NCBI GenBank assembly: GCA_963836755.1
Contig: CAWIKF010000002.1
Span: 1,888,001 to 1,952,000, forward strand
Length of the DNA stretch: 64,000 nt
Direction: 5' to 3'
DNA from: an uncultured Verrucomicrobiae bacterium
GTDB lineage: Bacteria; Verrucomicrobiota; Verrucomicrobiia; Chthoniobacterales; Chthoniobacteraceae
The translations under genes and the position numbers were made by a program. This document shows, piece after piece, positions 1-9,862 of this stretch. Within the stretch, counting starts at the first letter, position 1, and every line of letters begins with the position of its first letter. Below the pieces are notes generated by a model that ran no database searches, was not told the DNA's origin, and saw only the letters and a program-made list of their open reading frames with translations.

Positions 1-494
<494 letters not shown>

Positions 495-638
495 CTAAAA
501 AATCGCGGACATTCTGCGCCGCGAAAAAAAACTCGCAAGCCGCATCTGCCGGAAACTTTGACGCCCGTCAGCTCAAGCTGTCAAAGCGCCGCCAATCACC
601 GCCAGAAACCTCGCATGGCTGGCGAAATTGTGAATCGG

Positions 639-962
639 TTAATGGGTAAAAACCTCGAACAGGAAGTATACGAGGACCCCGAGAATCGCCACGAGGATGG
701 GAGCGATTAAAATGAAGTCCCACTTCGTGAGACGCTTCACGGGAGTAAACACAAAGCCGCAACTCTCGCACTCGATCCTGCCGTGACGGCTGGAATCGTA
801 AAGAAGGTATGGAACCAAACCGCCAAACATGAGCATCAGACAACCCGTGCTGTCCTCCTCGATCTCCACAGCATGAAAACCGGAAGTAGAACCGCACTTC
901 GGACAGGTGGGTGGATAGTAAGTCTCCGATGCGACCGGCCGGCCCGTTCGGGATGAGTTCAT
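639..962 (-). CDS. Small membrane protein with split zinc ribbon (LITAF-like CxxC-hydrophobic-CxxC)
   Basis: CPKC...hydrophobic stretch...HGRIECESC plus C-terminal TM helix; start at MNSS (962) lies just after the stop of the upstream gene. Confidence 0.6.
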   Translation of the reverse strand: MNSSRTGRPVASETYYPPTCPKCGSTSGFHAVEIEEDSTGCLMLMFGGLVPYLLYDSSRHGRIECESCGFVFTPVKRLTKWDFILIAPILVAILGVLVYFLFEVFTH

Positions 963-963
963 C

Positions 964-1347
964 TCACTGCTTCGCGTAGGGAACAATGACGCAAGTTGCA
1001 TGAACCCCCTGCTGCATCGATTTGCCGCCAAGATACCAGTAGCCGTCGTCACCTATGTAAACACTCACAACCTCGCCGCCGCCTTGGAAGTGACCGGTGA
1101 CGGTAGTGAGGGCACAAAAACCATCCGTCGCGCGAATGAGCCGTTGCGGCGGCTCGCCCTGTTTCCAGGTCGCGAAGCTGACATTGCCTGAAAGCATCCT
1201 GCCTCGGGCCGGTGCGGTCGCAGCTGGCTGGCGTGCGGGAATCGTGGTGCCAGTCGCCGCCCGTGTTGTTGCATGCCGTGAGTCGTGGAGGGACGAACAG
1301 CCTCCCAGAAGAAAAGCGGCCGCTGAGATTAGGTGGATGGATTTCAT
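964..1347 (-). CDS. Hypothetical lipoprotein
   Basis: Signal peptide with lipobox (FLLGGC), Ala/Thr/Pro linker, compact beta-rich C-terminal domain. Confidence 0.7.
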   Translation of the reverse strand: MKSIHLISAAAFLLGGCSSLHDSRHATTRAATGTTIPARQPAATAPARGRMLSGNVSFATWKQGEPPQRLIRATDGFCALTTVTGHFQGGGEVVSVYIGDDGYWYLGGKSMQQGVHATCVIVPYAKQ

Positions 1348-1410
1348 AGCGTTGGCTGAGTCGGCTTCTTGTCACGCCACATCGCAGCGGTCAAGGCTAC
1401 GAGCGTTGAT

Positions 1411-1926
1411 TCACCGTTGTTTCTGCGAAACCATTTGCGGTGTGATGGGGCCGGCAATGATCGTATCGTTCAAATCGCCCCAGAGAAACTCGGAGCCGCT
1501 TTTCACGGGCAGATTGGTCGGCTTCTTTTTCTTTTCTTCTTTTGCGTATTTCTGCCAGCTCATGAATTGCACGGGGGTAAAGTCAGTAACTCCAGGATCG
1601 GGAACGATCTTCAGATCCGTATGCCTGAAGCTGACAACCTTTTGGCCATCGCTGGAAGCGAAGAGAAAATTGAAGTGCCGTCCGTCAGTCTTGTTGCGCA
1701 GCTCCACCACCACGCGATCCCCGACCTTCAATTCGACTTCGGGCGAGCGGCTCTCGCCAAGACCCGCCTTATAAACCTTCTGTCCGTTCACATAAATCGT
1801 GCAGCCATCGTCCACTGAGACGTAAAAGGTGCCTTTGATGGGTGGTTCTTCGGGTCCGCCTGGAAGCTGCGCCCGGCAATGCAGCGTAAGCATGCATAGG
1901 AATAGTGTTAGTTTGATTGGATTCAT
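1411..1926 (-). CDS. Hypothetical secreted protein (beta-sandwich-like)
   Basis: N-terminal signal peptide; VDDGCTIYVNG resembles galactose-binding-like/PA14-type beta-sandwich segments. Confidence 0.65.
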   Translation of the reverse strand: MNPIKLTLFLCMLTLHCRAQLPGGPEEPPIKGTFYVSVDDGCTIYVNGQKVYKAGLGESRSPEVELKVGDRVVVELRNKTDGRHFNFLFASSDGQKVVSFRHTDLKIVPDPGVTDFTPVQFMSWQKYAKEEKKKKPTNLPVKSGSEFLWGDLNDTIIAGPITPQMVSQKQR

Positions 1927-2226
1927 CTGCTTGTTTTGTCTGGTTTACTAGGTGCTGGAATTGCCAAGGGGAAAAAGATTAAGCTGCAAGCAGCCAGCGG
2001 GACGCGCGGAGCCTTGATAGCTGCAGTGCAGGGTTGCTCTGGTTGCAAGCCGGAGCGGCTGTTTTCGAGGAAAAATCGCGATCGAGACGCCGCGAGACGG
2101 GACTGCCCAGCCTGCGCCCACTCCGCGCGAGACTTTTGCCGCTCACCAACATGGGGGACCACCCAATCGCCGTAACCACTGCGCTCTTCTAAAAGAGGCG
2201 CGCAGCGGGCGTCAAACTTTATGTCA

Positions 2227-2245
2227 ACAAATTGAAACAATTTGT
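2227..2245. promoter_or_regulatory. AT-rich perfect palindrome, candidate operator
   Basis: ACAAATTG-AAA-CAATTTGT, just upstream of a minus-strand TTGACG (-35-like, 2210-2215) facing the three orphan genes. Confidence 0.45.
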
Positions 2246-2396
2246 GAGACAACGCTAGGTTGGGGAAAATTTCCGCGCGTTGCGGAGGACAATTGGAGAT
2301 TCTTCGCGTTCACGCAACGTTCACGCGAAAAAGTGCACGAGTGGTGCAATCCGGCGCATTTATCAGCTGACGAGAAACGCCGCCTTAAGAAACAAC

Positions 2397-2438
2397 AAAG
2401 CCCGCGAAACCGTCATTCATGCGGCTTCGCGGGCTTTT
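2397..2438 (-). terminator. Stem-loop downstream of tRNA-fMet
   Basis: AAAGCCCGCGAA...TTCGCGGGCTTT inverted repeat immediately after the tRNA CCA end. Confidence 0.65.
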
Positions 2439-2443
2439 AAGAG

Positions 2444-2520
<77 letters not shown>

Positions 2521-2598
2521 ATTGAAGGACGTGAAGATACTCAGGCGCAGCCGAGTGGCAAGCGAAATTTTTACTTCGAGGACAAAGCTTTGCGCGCT

Positions 2599-3090
2599 TC
2601 ACAAGCGCTCCATCTCGCGGAGGAGACATTCCTGCAGAAAGCCGTAAAAATGGATCTGGAAAAGATGAAAGTCCCGCTCCGTGGCGAATGACGGAGGTTC
2701 GTCGCGCGTCAAATCTTCGTCGGTGAAAGCGTGTCTTGCAGCGAGAACGAGACGCGCCTGGTTGAGGCTGCTGAGCCAGTTTTCAAAGTGCGCGCGCGGG
2801 ATGAGGAGGCTGGGCGCCTTCGCCTTGACCGGAGACACTTCGTCAAAGCGGCCAAGGTCGCGCACGACAGTTTGATTCGCTGTTTCGAAAATCGTCCGCA
2901 GCTCCGGCTCCACGTATTCGCGCCATTCCTCGATCGCATGCAAGTCGTCGCCAGGCTTGCTGTAGAGCCGATCACGAGCCGCAGGGCTTTCGCCGGGATT
3001 TGCTTGCACGGGAATTTCGCGAAGCAAATCAACGAGAAAGCTGTCGAGTTTTGCGAGCAGCAATCCCTCTTCCGTGCGCTCAATTTTCAC
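2599..3090 (-). CDS. DUF2017-family protein
   Basis: ARDRLY...EWREYVEPEL...WLSSLNQARLVLA; directly downstream of clpS, the usual context; GTG start at 3090. Confidence 0.75.
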   Translation of the reverse strand: MKIERTEEGLLLAKLDSFLVDLLREIPVQANPGESPAARDRLYSKPGDDLHAIEEWREYVEPELRTIFETANQTVVRDLGRFDEVSPVKAKAPSLLIPRAHFENWLSSLNQARLVLAARHAFTDEDLTRDEPPSFATERDFHLFQIHFYGFLQECLLREMERL

Positions 3091-3095
3091 GGCGG

Positions 3096-3383
3096 CTATG
3101 GACCTTTTTCCAGCGTTGCAAGCAGGAGATAGCCGTGCAATTGCTGGACGTAGAGTTCGGCGCGTTCGCGCACTCCGCTCCAGACGATGGAGCGCCCGCG
3201 CTGATGCACCTCGAGCATGTGGCGCGTGGCGCGCTCGCGCGAATAGCCGAAGATCCGCTGAAACACCATCGTCACGTAGCTCATTAAATTCACCGGATCG
3301 TTGTGCACGACGATATTCCACGGAAGATCGACCGTCTCCTCGGTCTTCTCCGTTTTTTCAATGACTGGAACATCCTGAGCCAT
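3096..3383 (-). CDS. clpS: ATP-dependent Clp protease adaptor ClpS
   Basis: WNIVVHNDPVNLMSYV...MLEVHQRG motif. Confidence 0.93.
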   Translation of the reverse strand: MAQDVPVIEKTEKTEETVDLPWNIVVHNDPVNLMSYVTMVFQRIFGYSRERATRHMLEVHQRGRSIVWSGVRERAELYVQQLHGYLLLATLEKGP

Positions 3384-3416
3384 GCGGTTGAAAAATGATG
3401 CGGGCGAAAGCGAAAC

Positions 3417-3851
3417 TCAAGCGGCAGAAACGGGCAAAATCATTTGTAAAACTCTGGTTTGCGCGCGGCGCATGCGCTCGGCGTCGCGGGGTTGCTGGTC
3501 GTCGTGACCGCTGAGGTGCAAAAGCCCGTGGATGATATAAAGACAAAGTTCGCGCTCGACGCTCTGTCGGAATCGCGCCGCGTTTTCGCGAGCAGTGTCG
3601 GCGCCGATCAAAATCTCACCGTGCTCAAAAGTCATGACGTCAGTGGCGCTCGGAATTTTCAGAAACTGCCCGTGAACTTTCGCCATCGCTTCATCCGAAA
3701 TGATCGAGACTTCAATGGCGTGAAGAGCAGTCAAGGGAACATCCGATGCGCTGTTCGCAGCGACTTCCGCGAGCGCCGCGCGCGCTAGTCTTCGGAGCAA
3801 TCGACGGTCAAACTTAACGCGAGCCTGCTGATCGGACACCGTGATCGTCAC
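3417..3851 (-). CDS. ybeY: rRNA maturation endoribonuclease YbeY
   Basis: TDVMTF, GEILI, HGLLHLSGHDD (H3xH5xH); GTG start overlaps the upstream TGA. Confidence 0.92.
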   Translation of the reverse strand: MTITVSDQQARVKFDRRLLRRLARAALAEVAANSASDVPLTALHAIEVSIISDEAMAKVHGQFLKIPSATDVMTFEHGEILIGADTARENAARFRQSVERELCLYIIHGLLHLSGHDDQQPRDAERMRRAQTRVLQMILPVSAA

Positions 3852-5449
3852 GCTGCGGAAACGGGCGGCGCGGTCTGCGGAGCGCGCGAAGCTTCCGGCG
3901 TGCGCTGGGAAACATTTTCCGCAGGATAGGCGATGCGGCTGTGAAGCATGCTCTGGAGCGTGAAGCGGAAACTTTCGCCGATCATGCGCAGTTCCTTCAG
4001 CGTCAAATTGCATTCATCGAGCTGGCCGTCGAGGATTCGCTTTTCGATGATGTCCCCGATCAATTGCTCGAGACGCGTCGGCGTCACTTTTTCCATGCTG
4101 CGCGACGCGCTTTCGACAGCGTCGGCCAGCGAGATGACACCCGACTCGCGCGTCTGCGGCTTCGGCCCGCTGTAGCGGAAACTTTCCTCGCTCACCTCGG
4201 GAATGTCTTCCTCGCGGATGTTCATGATTTTCCCGCCCTGCCGCGCGTCCTCCTGCTGCTGCAACGCTCGTTTATAAAAGTATGCAACAACCGATGTGCC
4301 GTGATGCTCCTGGATCATGTCGACGATCTGCTGGCTGAGCTTGTGCTTGAGCGCGAGATCGATGCCTTCTTTCACATGGGCGATGATGATCAACGCGCTC
4401 ATCGTCGGCGCGAGCTCGTCGTGCGGATTGTGATCCGGGCTCATGTTTTCGGTAAAATATTCCGGCTTCACGAGCTTGCCGATGTCGTGAAAATATGCGC
4501 ACACGCGGCACATCGTGGCATTCGCGCCGATCGCTTCCGCGGCGGCTTCGGCGAGATTCGCGACCACCAGCGAATGATGATAAGTGCCCGGCGCCTCGAT
4601 GGTGAGGCGCTTGAGCAAAGGATGATTCAAGTCCGCGGCCTCAAGCCACGAAATGTCGGTCGTGATGCCGAAAAGTGTTTCCAAAATCGGCAGCGCGCCG
4701 CCGACGATCATCGCGGTGACGATGCCGCTGCCGATCGCCGCGAGGCTTTGGCCGCCGATCGTTTTCCAATCGATGCCGAGCCCGAGTTCCCACGGGACGA
4801 TGATGAGCCCGAACGTGATCGCGAGCACCCACGTCGCGAGCCCGACGAAGACTCCGGCGCGAATCAACCGGCTGCGCTTGCGCACTTGCAGCGTCACGAA
4901 AACCGCGATGAAACCGCAGATCAAACTCATCACGAGAAACACGGCGTCGATGCCGCGAAACACGACGACCGAGCCCCACAAACTGACGAAGACCGCGGCA
5001 TAAAGCGCCTGATTTTTTCCGAGCAAAACCGACAGCACGAGCGGCGCGAATGCGTATGGAATGAGCAACGGCCCGTATTGCGGGTCGATCGCGCCGGTGC
5101 GCGCGAGCACGAGCACGACCTTCGTGATGGTGAGATGCGTGAGCATGGTGCCGAACATCAGGACGATGCGCGAATTGCTCGCAAAGCTGATCGGATGGTT
5201 GATCCAGAGCTGCGCGAGCGCTGTCATGAAAATCAGCAGCGCGATCAGAAATTTCTCCGCCGGCTGCGGCTGCGTGCCGTAAAAAATCAAAATTCCGAGC
5301 CCGAGAATGAAGAGGAAAAAAATGAGAACTTTGACGAGCATGCCCGTCTCGAGCGCATGAAAAAATTCGCTGCGCGAACGGCGGCGGCGCGTTTTCGTGG
5401 ACGAGAGTCCTTTTTTGATGAGCCGGCGCTTCTCGAAAAAACCAAACAT
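3848..5449 (-). CDS. 7TM-HD (HDIG) membrane phosphohydrolase, PgpH-like
   Basis: Multiple TM helices followed by EAPGTYHHS, YFHDIGK, EHHGT, RYSGPKP, LADAVESASR; located between phoH and ybeY. Confidence 0.9.
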   Translation of the reverse strand: MFGFFEKRRLIKKGLSSTKTRRRRSRSEFFHALETGMLVKVLIFFLFILGLGILIFYGTQPQPAEKFLIALLIFMTALAQLWINHPISFASNSRIVLMFGTMLTHLTITKVVLVLARTGAIDPQYGPLLIPYAFAPLVLSVLLGKNQALYAAVFVSLWGSVVVFRGIDAVFLVMSLICGFIAVFVTLQVRKRSRLIRAGVFVGLATWVLAITFGLIIVPWELGLGIDWKTIGGQSLAAIGSGIVTAMIVGGALPILETLFGITTDISWLEAADLNHPLLKRLTIEAPGTYHHSLVVANLAEAAAEAIGANATMCRVCAYFHDIGKLVKPEYFTENMSPDHNPHDELAPTMSALIIIAHVKEGIDLALKHKLSQQIVDMIQEHHGTSVVAYFYKRALQQQEDARQGGKIMNIREEDIPEVSEESFRYSGPKPQTRESGVISLADAVESASRSMEKVTPTRLEQLIGDIIEKRILDGQLDECNLTLKELRMIGESFRFTLQSMLHSRIAYPAENVSQRTPEASRAPQTAPPVSAA

Positions 5450-5453
5450 AAAG

Positions 5454-6437
5454 TTAAACACGCGGCGCGGTCGCTTTTTCACCGCGATAACGTTTGTAAG
5501 CATGCACGATCCGCTGCACCAATTCATGCCGGATCACGTCGCGCTCCTCAAAAAAGATGAAGTCAACGCCGTCCACTTTTTTCAAAGCCTGCATCGCTTC
5601 GATGAGGCCGGAGCGTTTGTTGCTCGGCAAATCGATCTGTGTGTGATCGCCCGTGATCACGCATTTGGAATCGCCGCCGAGCCGCGTGAGAAACATGAAC
5701 ATCTGCTCGGTCGTCGTGTTCTGCGCCTCGTCGAGCACGATGAATGCGCGGTGCAGCGTGCGGCCGCGCATGTAGGCAAGCGGCGCGATTTCGATGATGC
5801 CGCGCTCGACATATTTCTGGACCTCGTCGGCCTCGAGCATGTCGTGCAGCGCATCGTAAAGCGGGCGCAGATACGGGAAAATTTTCTCGTTCAAGTCGCC
5901 GGGCAAAAAGCCGAGCGCCTCGCCCGCCTCGACTGCGGGGCGCGTCAAAATAATGCGCGAAATTTGTTCGCGCTTGAGCGCCGCGACGGCCATCGCCATC
6001 GCGAGATAAGTCTTGCCGGTGCCGGCTGGGCCGACGCCAAAAACCATGTCATGCGTCTGGATGGAACGGATGTAAGCGCGCTGACCATTTGTCTTTGCGA
6101 CGATCGGCGCGCGGCGGGGCGAGACGACGATTTTTGTCTCGATTAATTCGTCCAGACCGCCGCCGTCGCCATCTGCGTCGACGACGGCGCGCAGTGCGTA
6201 ATTGAACTCATCGCGCCGCACTTCGACTCCCTTTTTCCGCGCGGTTTCCAGTTGTTCAAAAACACGTTTCGCGCGACCGATCTGCGCCGGTTCGCCCTCG
6301 AGCCGCAGCCAGCCGTCGCGCGTCGTGACCTTCACTTTCAGTGAATCCTCGAGACTTTTGAGAAGCTTGAGGTCGTTCGCGTAAAGCGCCTGAAGGGCGC
6401 GCGCATTTTCAAACTCGAGCGTTTGCGATTCGGCCAT
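5454..6437 (-). CDS. phoH: PhoH-family ATPase (YbeZ-like)
   Basis: GPAGTGKT, RPAVEAGEALGFLPGDL, APLAYMRGRT, DEAQN. Confidence 0.95.
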   Translation of the reverse strand: MAESQTLEFENARALQALYANDLKLLKSLEDSLKVKVTTRDGWLRLEGEPAQIGRAKRVFEQLETARKKGVEVRRDEFNYALRAVVDADGDGGGLDELIETKIVVSPRRAPIVAKTNGQRAYIRSIQTHDMVFGVGPAGTGKTYLAMAMAVAALKREQISRIILTRPAVEAGEALGFLPGDLNEKIFPYLRPLYDALHDMLEADEVQKYVERGIIEIAPLAYMRGRTLHRAFIVLDEAQNTTTEQMFMFLTRLGGDSKCVITGDHTQIDLPSNKRSGLIEAMQALKKVDGVDFIFFEERDVIRHELVQRIVHAYKRYRGEKATAPRV

Positions 6438-6468
6438 TGGGACAGCCGCGGCTATGCGCTGGCGGCGA

Positions 6469-6903
6469 TCATCGAAAGCCGTAAGCCAGCGCCCAGTGCG
6501 TCCGCTCCTGATCGGATTTTTCAATCTCGACGATCAGATAATAGGAGCCGCTGGTTTTCGGAATCACACGCGCCGCGGCCATGTGCTGTTTTTGCCAATG
6601 CTCGACCTCCGCAAGATTGCCGTCGGCGTCGTAAATATGGACGGAAATTTTGGCGTTATCCACATCGGTGCCCATCCAGAACCAATATTCGTTGCCCTTA
6701 AACAACTGATGAATAATCGCTTTCTGCTGTTTGACAGGCAAATCGCCGCCCCAATAATCCTCGCGGACCGTGAAGCCCTCCTTCACATAAGGATCCGCAG
6801 CCTGCAGCGCGAAGGAAAGCGCGTCGTCAATCGTCGCGCCGCCCCGGGTTTGCAAAAGCGCGAAGCAAAGCAGGCCGACGGCAATTTTTGGAAAAAGTTT
6901 CAC
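6469..6903 (-). CDS. Hypothetical secreted protein
   Basis: Signal peptide and beta-rich domain; co-oriented with 2-nt gap to the upstream gene. Confidence 0.75.
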   Translation of the reverse strand: MKLFPKIAVGLLCFALLQTRGGATIDDALSFALQAADPYVKEGFTVREDYWGGDLPVKQQKAIIHQLFKGNEYWFWMGTDVDNAKISVHIYDADGNLAEVEHWQKQHMAAARVIPKTSGSYYLIVEIEKSDQERTHWALAYGFR

Positions 6904-6905
6904 GG

Positions 6906-7700
6906 CTATTCGTTTGAGTTGATTGTCTTCACCAGGTCGCCGGTGATCGCGTTGATTTGGTCCACCGATTTTGCGGAAATCACGGAGTTATCCTTGCCGA
7001 TGAGCGGGCGGAGTTCCGGCAGGCGCTGTTCAACGTGCGCGACAGTCGGGTCGCTCTGCAGCCGCGGGCTCATGCTCTTGAGACGGCGGTCGAAGAAATC
7101 GAGCAAGCTCGGCTGGTGTAAAAGTTCCGCGCCATCCTTCGAGTAATTCTTTTTGACGACCTGCGTGAGCGCTTCGGTGCCGCGCAGCCAGCCGCCAAGG
7201 CTGACGAGCTGAGCAAGTTCTTCATCGTGCAGCTCGCTCATTGCTTGTTTTACGTCCGCTAGCGCTCCGTCAAGCTCGCGACGCACGCGCGGCCAATCTT
7301 TTTTGTCGGCAAAATCGATGATCGCTTTGCTGCGCGCGACGACTGCTTTTTCCACGCCGATCGCCTTTGAAAGATTCAGAACGCTCCGCCCGATCTTTTT
7401 CACTTCTTCGCCTTCCTGCGCCTCGACCGCGATGAAACCTTCGGCGATCACGCTGCCGAGCAGGAGCGCAGTCTGCGGGCGAGCGCCCGGCGGCTCAGCT
7501 TTTACGGGCCGCAGAACATCGTGCCAGTTCGGCGAGCCAAGTTTGTCGAGCACGCCGAAGACTTCGCTCGGCACCGGCACGATCACGTCCTCGACCAGCG
7601 TCGCTTGCTGCGGCAGCTTGCCCACGTCGATGTGCTGGGGCGGCTCGGCGGCCAGCAGGCTGCCGGCGGTCGCGATCAAAAGGAATGCTGAATATTTCAT
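6906..7700 (-). CDS. Hypothetical secreted all-helical protein
   Basis: MKYSAFLLIATAGSLLA signal peptide; LVSLGGWLRG motif. Confidence 0.75.
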   Translation of the reverse strand: MKYSAFLLIATAGSLLAAEPPQHIDVGKLPQQATLVEDVIVPVPSEVFGVLDKLGSPNWHDVLRPVKAEPPGARPQTALLLGSVIAEGFIAVEAQEGEEVKKIGRSVLNLSKAIGVEKAVVARSKAIIDFADKKDWPRVRRELDGALADVKQAMSELHDEELAQLVSLGGWLRGTEALTQVVKKNYSKDGAELLHQPSLLDFFDRRLKSMSPRLQSDPTVAHVEQRLPELRPLIGKDNSVISAKSVDQINAITGDLVKTINSNE

Positions 7701-7916
7701 AAAAAGCCGGACGCGCCGAAGCGTGCCGTAATTGGGGAAGGTAAAATCGATCCTCACAAAGTAAACCTGAGCCCGCACTCAAGCAAAGGGCGTTTTCCGA
7801 TGGCAAGCATCTTTTTGCGCGCAGATGGCCGGGAAATGGGTTGACACCATTCTTGCTTTGATTCGCAATCCGCGCACGCGGCGGCGGTTTCCGCGACGCC
7901 CGCGTCGTCCGTTTGC

Positions 7917-8855
7917 ATGAAATTCGCGCCGCTCGATTTTTCGAAAATCAAAACCTATCCGCTCGCCGATCGCGTCAACAAGGTCGACGCCGAGCACTTC
8001 GCGCAAGTGCACGAAAAGGGAGAAAGTTTCGCGCGATTTCTGGAAAAGTTGCCGCGCTTTTTGGCTGCGAATGATTTTCGGAAAATCGCGCGGGCGATCG
8101 CTGAAGCTGTCCGCAATCAGCGTCCGGTGCTGTTCATGATGGGCGCACATCCGATCAAGTGTGGGCTCAATCCGCTGATAGTGGACATGATCGAGCGGGA
8201 GATTATTTCCGCCGTTGCGTTCAACGGCGCGGGCGCGGTTCATGATTTTGAAACTGCCTACCAAGGTGAGACGAGCGAGGATGTGCAGCGTGGGCTCGAT
8301 GACGGAAGTTTCGGCATGGTGGATGAAACGCCGCGGCTGATGAATGCTGCGCTCGGGGCCGGAGTCGCGCGCGGCGAAGGCGCTGGCGAGGCGCTCGGTC
8401 GCGCGACCGCTGAGGGAAATTTTCCGAGCCGCGAACTCAGTATTTTGCACGCGGGCTTCACGCGCGGCGCGCCGGTCACGGTTCACATCGCGATCGGCAC
8501 CGACATCATTCATCAGCATCCGAGCACTGATGGCGCCGTGCTCGGCGAGGCGAGCTATCGCGATTTCCAGCGCTTCGCCGCCGTGGTCGCGCAGCTCGAG
8601 GGCGGCGTGGTGCTAAACGTCGGGAGCGCCGTCATCATGCCGGAAGTTTTTTTGAAAGCGCTCACGGTCGCGCGCAATCTCGGCCATCGCATCGAAAATT
8701 TCACGACGGCGAACTTTGACATGATCCGCCATTACCGGCCGTCGGAAAATGTGGTGCGACGTCCGACGCATCTGGGCGGCGAGGGCTTCAACATCGTCGG
8801 CCATCACGAGCTGATGCTGCCGCTGCTTTTCGCGGCGGTGACGGAAGCATTATGA
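7917..8855 (+). CDS. Deoxyhypusine-synthase-like fold protein of unknown function
   Basis: GAHPIKCGL, NGAGAVHDFE, GTDIIH, GSAVIMPEVFLKAL, GHHELMLPLL; first gene of the LPS sugar operon. Confidence 0.7.
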   Translation: MKFAPLDFSKIKTYPLADRVNKVDAEHFAQVHEKGESFARFLEKLPRFLAANDFRKIARAIAEAVRNQRPVLFMMGAHPIKCGLNPLIVDMIEREIISAVAFNGAGAVHDFETAYQGETSEDVQRGLDDGSFGMVDETPRLMNAALGAGVARGEGAGEALGRATAEGNFPSRELSILHAGFTRGAPVTVHIAIGTDIIHQHPSTDGAVLGEASYRDFQRFAAVVAQLEGGVVLNVGSAVIMPEVFLKALTVARNLGHRIENFTTANFDMIRHYRPSENVVRRPTHLGGEGFNIVGHHELMLPLLFAAVTEAL

Positions 8856-9862
8856 ATCGCGCGCGCTTCCAGCAGATCCTCGCGAACTTTGACGCCAAGC
8901 GAATTCTCGTGATCGGCGATTTGATTCTCGACGAATTTGTCTGGGGACGCGTCAGCCGGATTTCGCCCGAAGCGCCGGTGCCGGTCGTTGACGTCGAACG
9001 CGAAACTTACTATCCCGGCGGCGCAGCGAACGTCGCGCGCAACCTGCGGGAATTTTCGCAGAATGTTTCCGTCATGGGCCTCGTCGGCGATGACGCGCCC
9101 GCGGATCATTTGCAAAAATTGCTCGCGGGCGAGGGGATCAATCTCGAAGCGGTGCAGCGGGACGCGGCGCACCAGACGATCGTGAAAACGCGCATCATCG
9201 CGCGCCAGCAGCAGGTCGTCCGCGTCGATCGCGAAAAGAAAACGCGGCTCTCGTCGGTGCAAATGGAGCGCGCTTTGCAGCACCTTGAAATCGTGATGCC
9301 GAAGCTCGACGCGATCGTGCTCGAGGATTACGGCAAAGGGCTCATCGTCCAGGAATTTGCTGACGCGATCACGCAGCTCGCGCGGCGTGCCGGCAAAATT
9401 CTCGCCGTCGATCCGAACCCGCAGAACGTCCTGCAATGGCGCGGCACGACCGTCATGAAGCCAAACCTTTCCGAAGCCTTCGCCGCTGCGGGCCAGCCGC
9501 ATTCCGAACCGACCGAGCCGATTTCGAGCGACGAGCATCTTTTGCGCGTTGGCGAAAGTTTGTTAAACAAATGGCAACCAGAAAATCTTCTGCTCACGCT
9601 CGGCGAGCACGGCATGCTTTTGTTCCAACCGGGCGAAAAGCCTTTCCACACGCCGACGCGCGCGCGCGAAGTTTTCGACGTTTCCGGCGCGGGCGACACG
9701 GCGATCGCACTTTTCACGCTCGCTTTGTGCGCCGGCGCGACACCGGCAGAGGCTGCCGAAATTTCCAATCACGCGAGCGGAATCGTCGTCGGCAAACTCG
9801 GCACCGCGATCGTGACGCACGCGGAATTGTCCGCGAGCTTCGCACAACACGCCGATGCCTGA
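8852..9862 (+). CDS. rfaE1: D-glycero-beta-D-manno-heptose-7-phosphate kinase (RfaE domain I)
   Basis: RISPEAPVPVV, PGGAANVA, DYGKG, DVSGAGDT, VVGKLGTA. Confidence 0.93.
   Translation: MNRARFQQILANFDAKRILVIGDLILDEFVWGRVSRISPEAPVPVVDVERETYYPGGAANVARNLREFSQNVSVMGLVGDDAPADHLQKLLAGEGINLEAVQRDAAHQTIVKTRIIARQQQVVRVDREKKTRLSSVQMERALQHLEIVMPKLDAIVLEDYGKGLIVQEFADAITQLARRAGKILAVDPNPQNVLQWRGTTVMKPNLSEAFAAAGQPHSEPTEPISSDEHLLRVGESLLNKWQPENLLLTLGEHGMLLFQPGEKPFHTPTRAREVFDVSGAGDTAIALFTLALCAGATPAEAAEISNHASGIVVGKLGTAIVTHAELSASFAQHADA

Noticed and set aside
639..1926. Integron cassette array
   Set aside because: No attC-like RYYYAAC...GTTRRRY structures between the ORFs (one gap is a single base) and no intI
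1927..2200. Riboswitch in the long leader of the orphan genes (also 37424-37563 before uxaE)
   Set aside because: Hairpins are present but I could not match any known aptamer consensus by eye; an Rfam/Infernal scan would be needed
3941..5560. Long antisense ORFs (also 12522-14753, 18968-20086, 21299-22432, 26067-27374, 32157-33236, 41593-42693, 45936-47045, 54403-55662)
   Set aside because: Shadow frames opposite or overlapping well-supported genes in GC-rich DNA; no recognisable motifs
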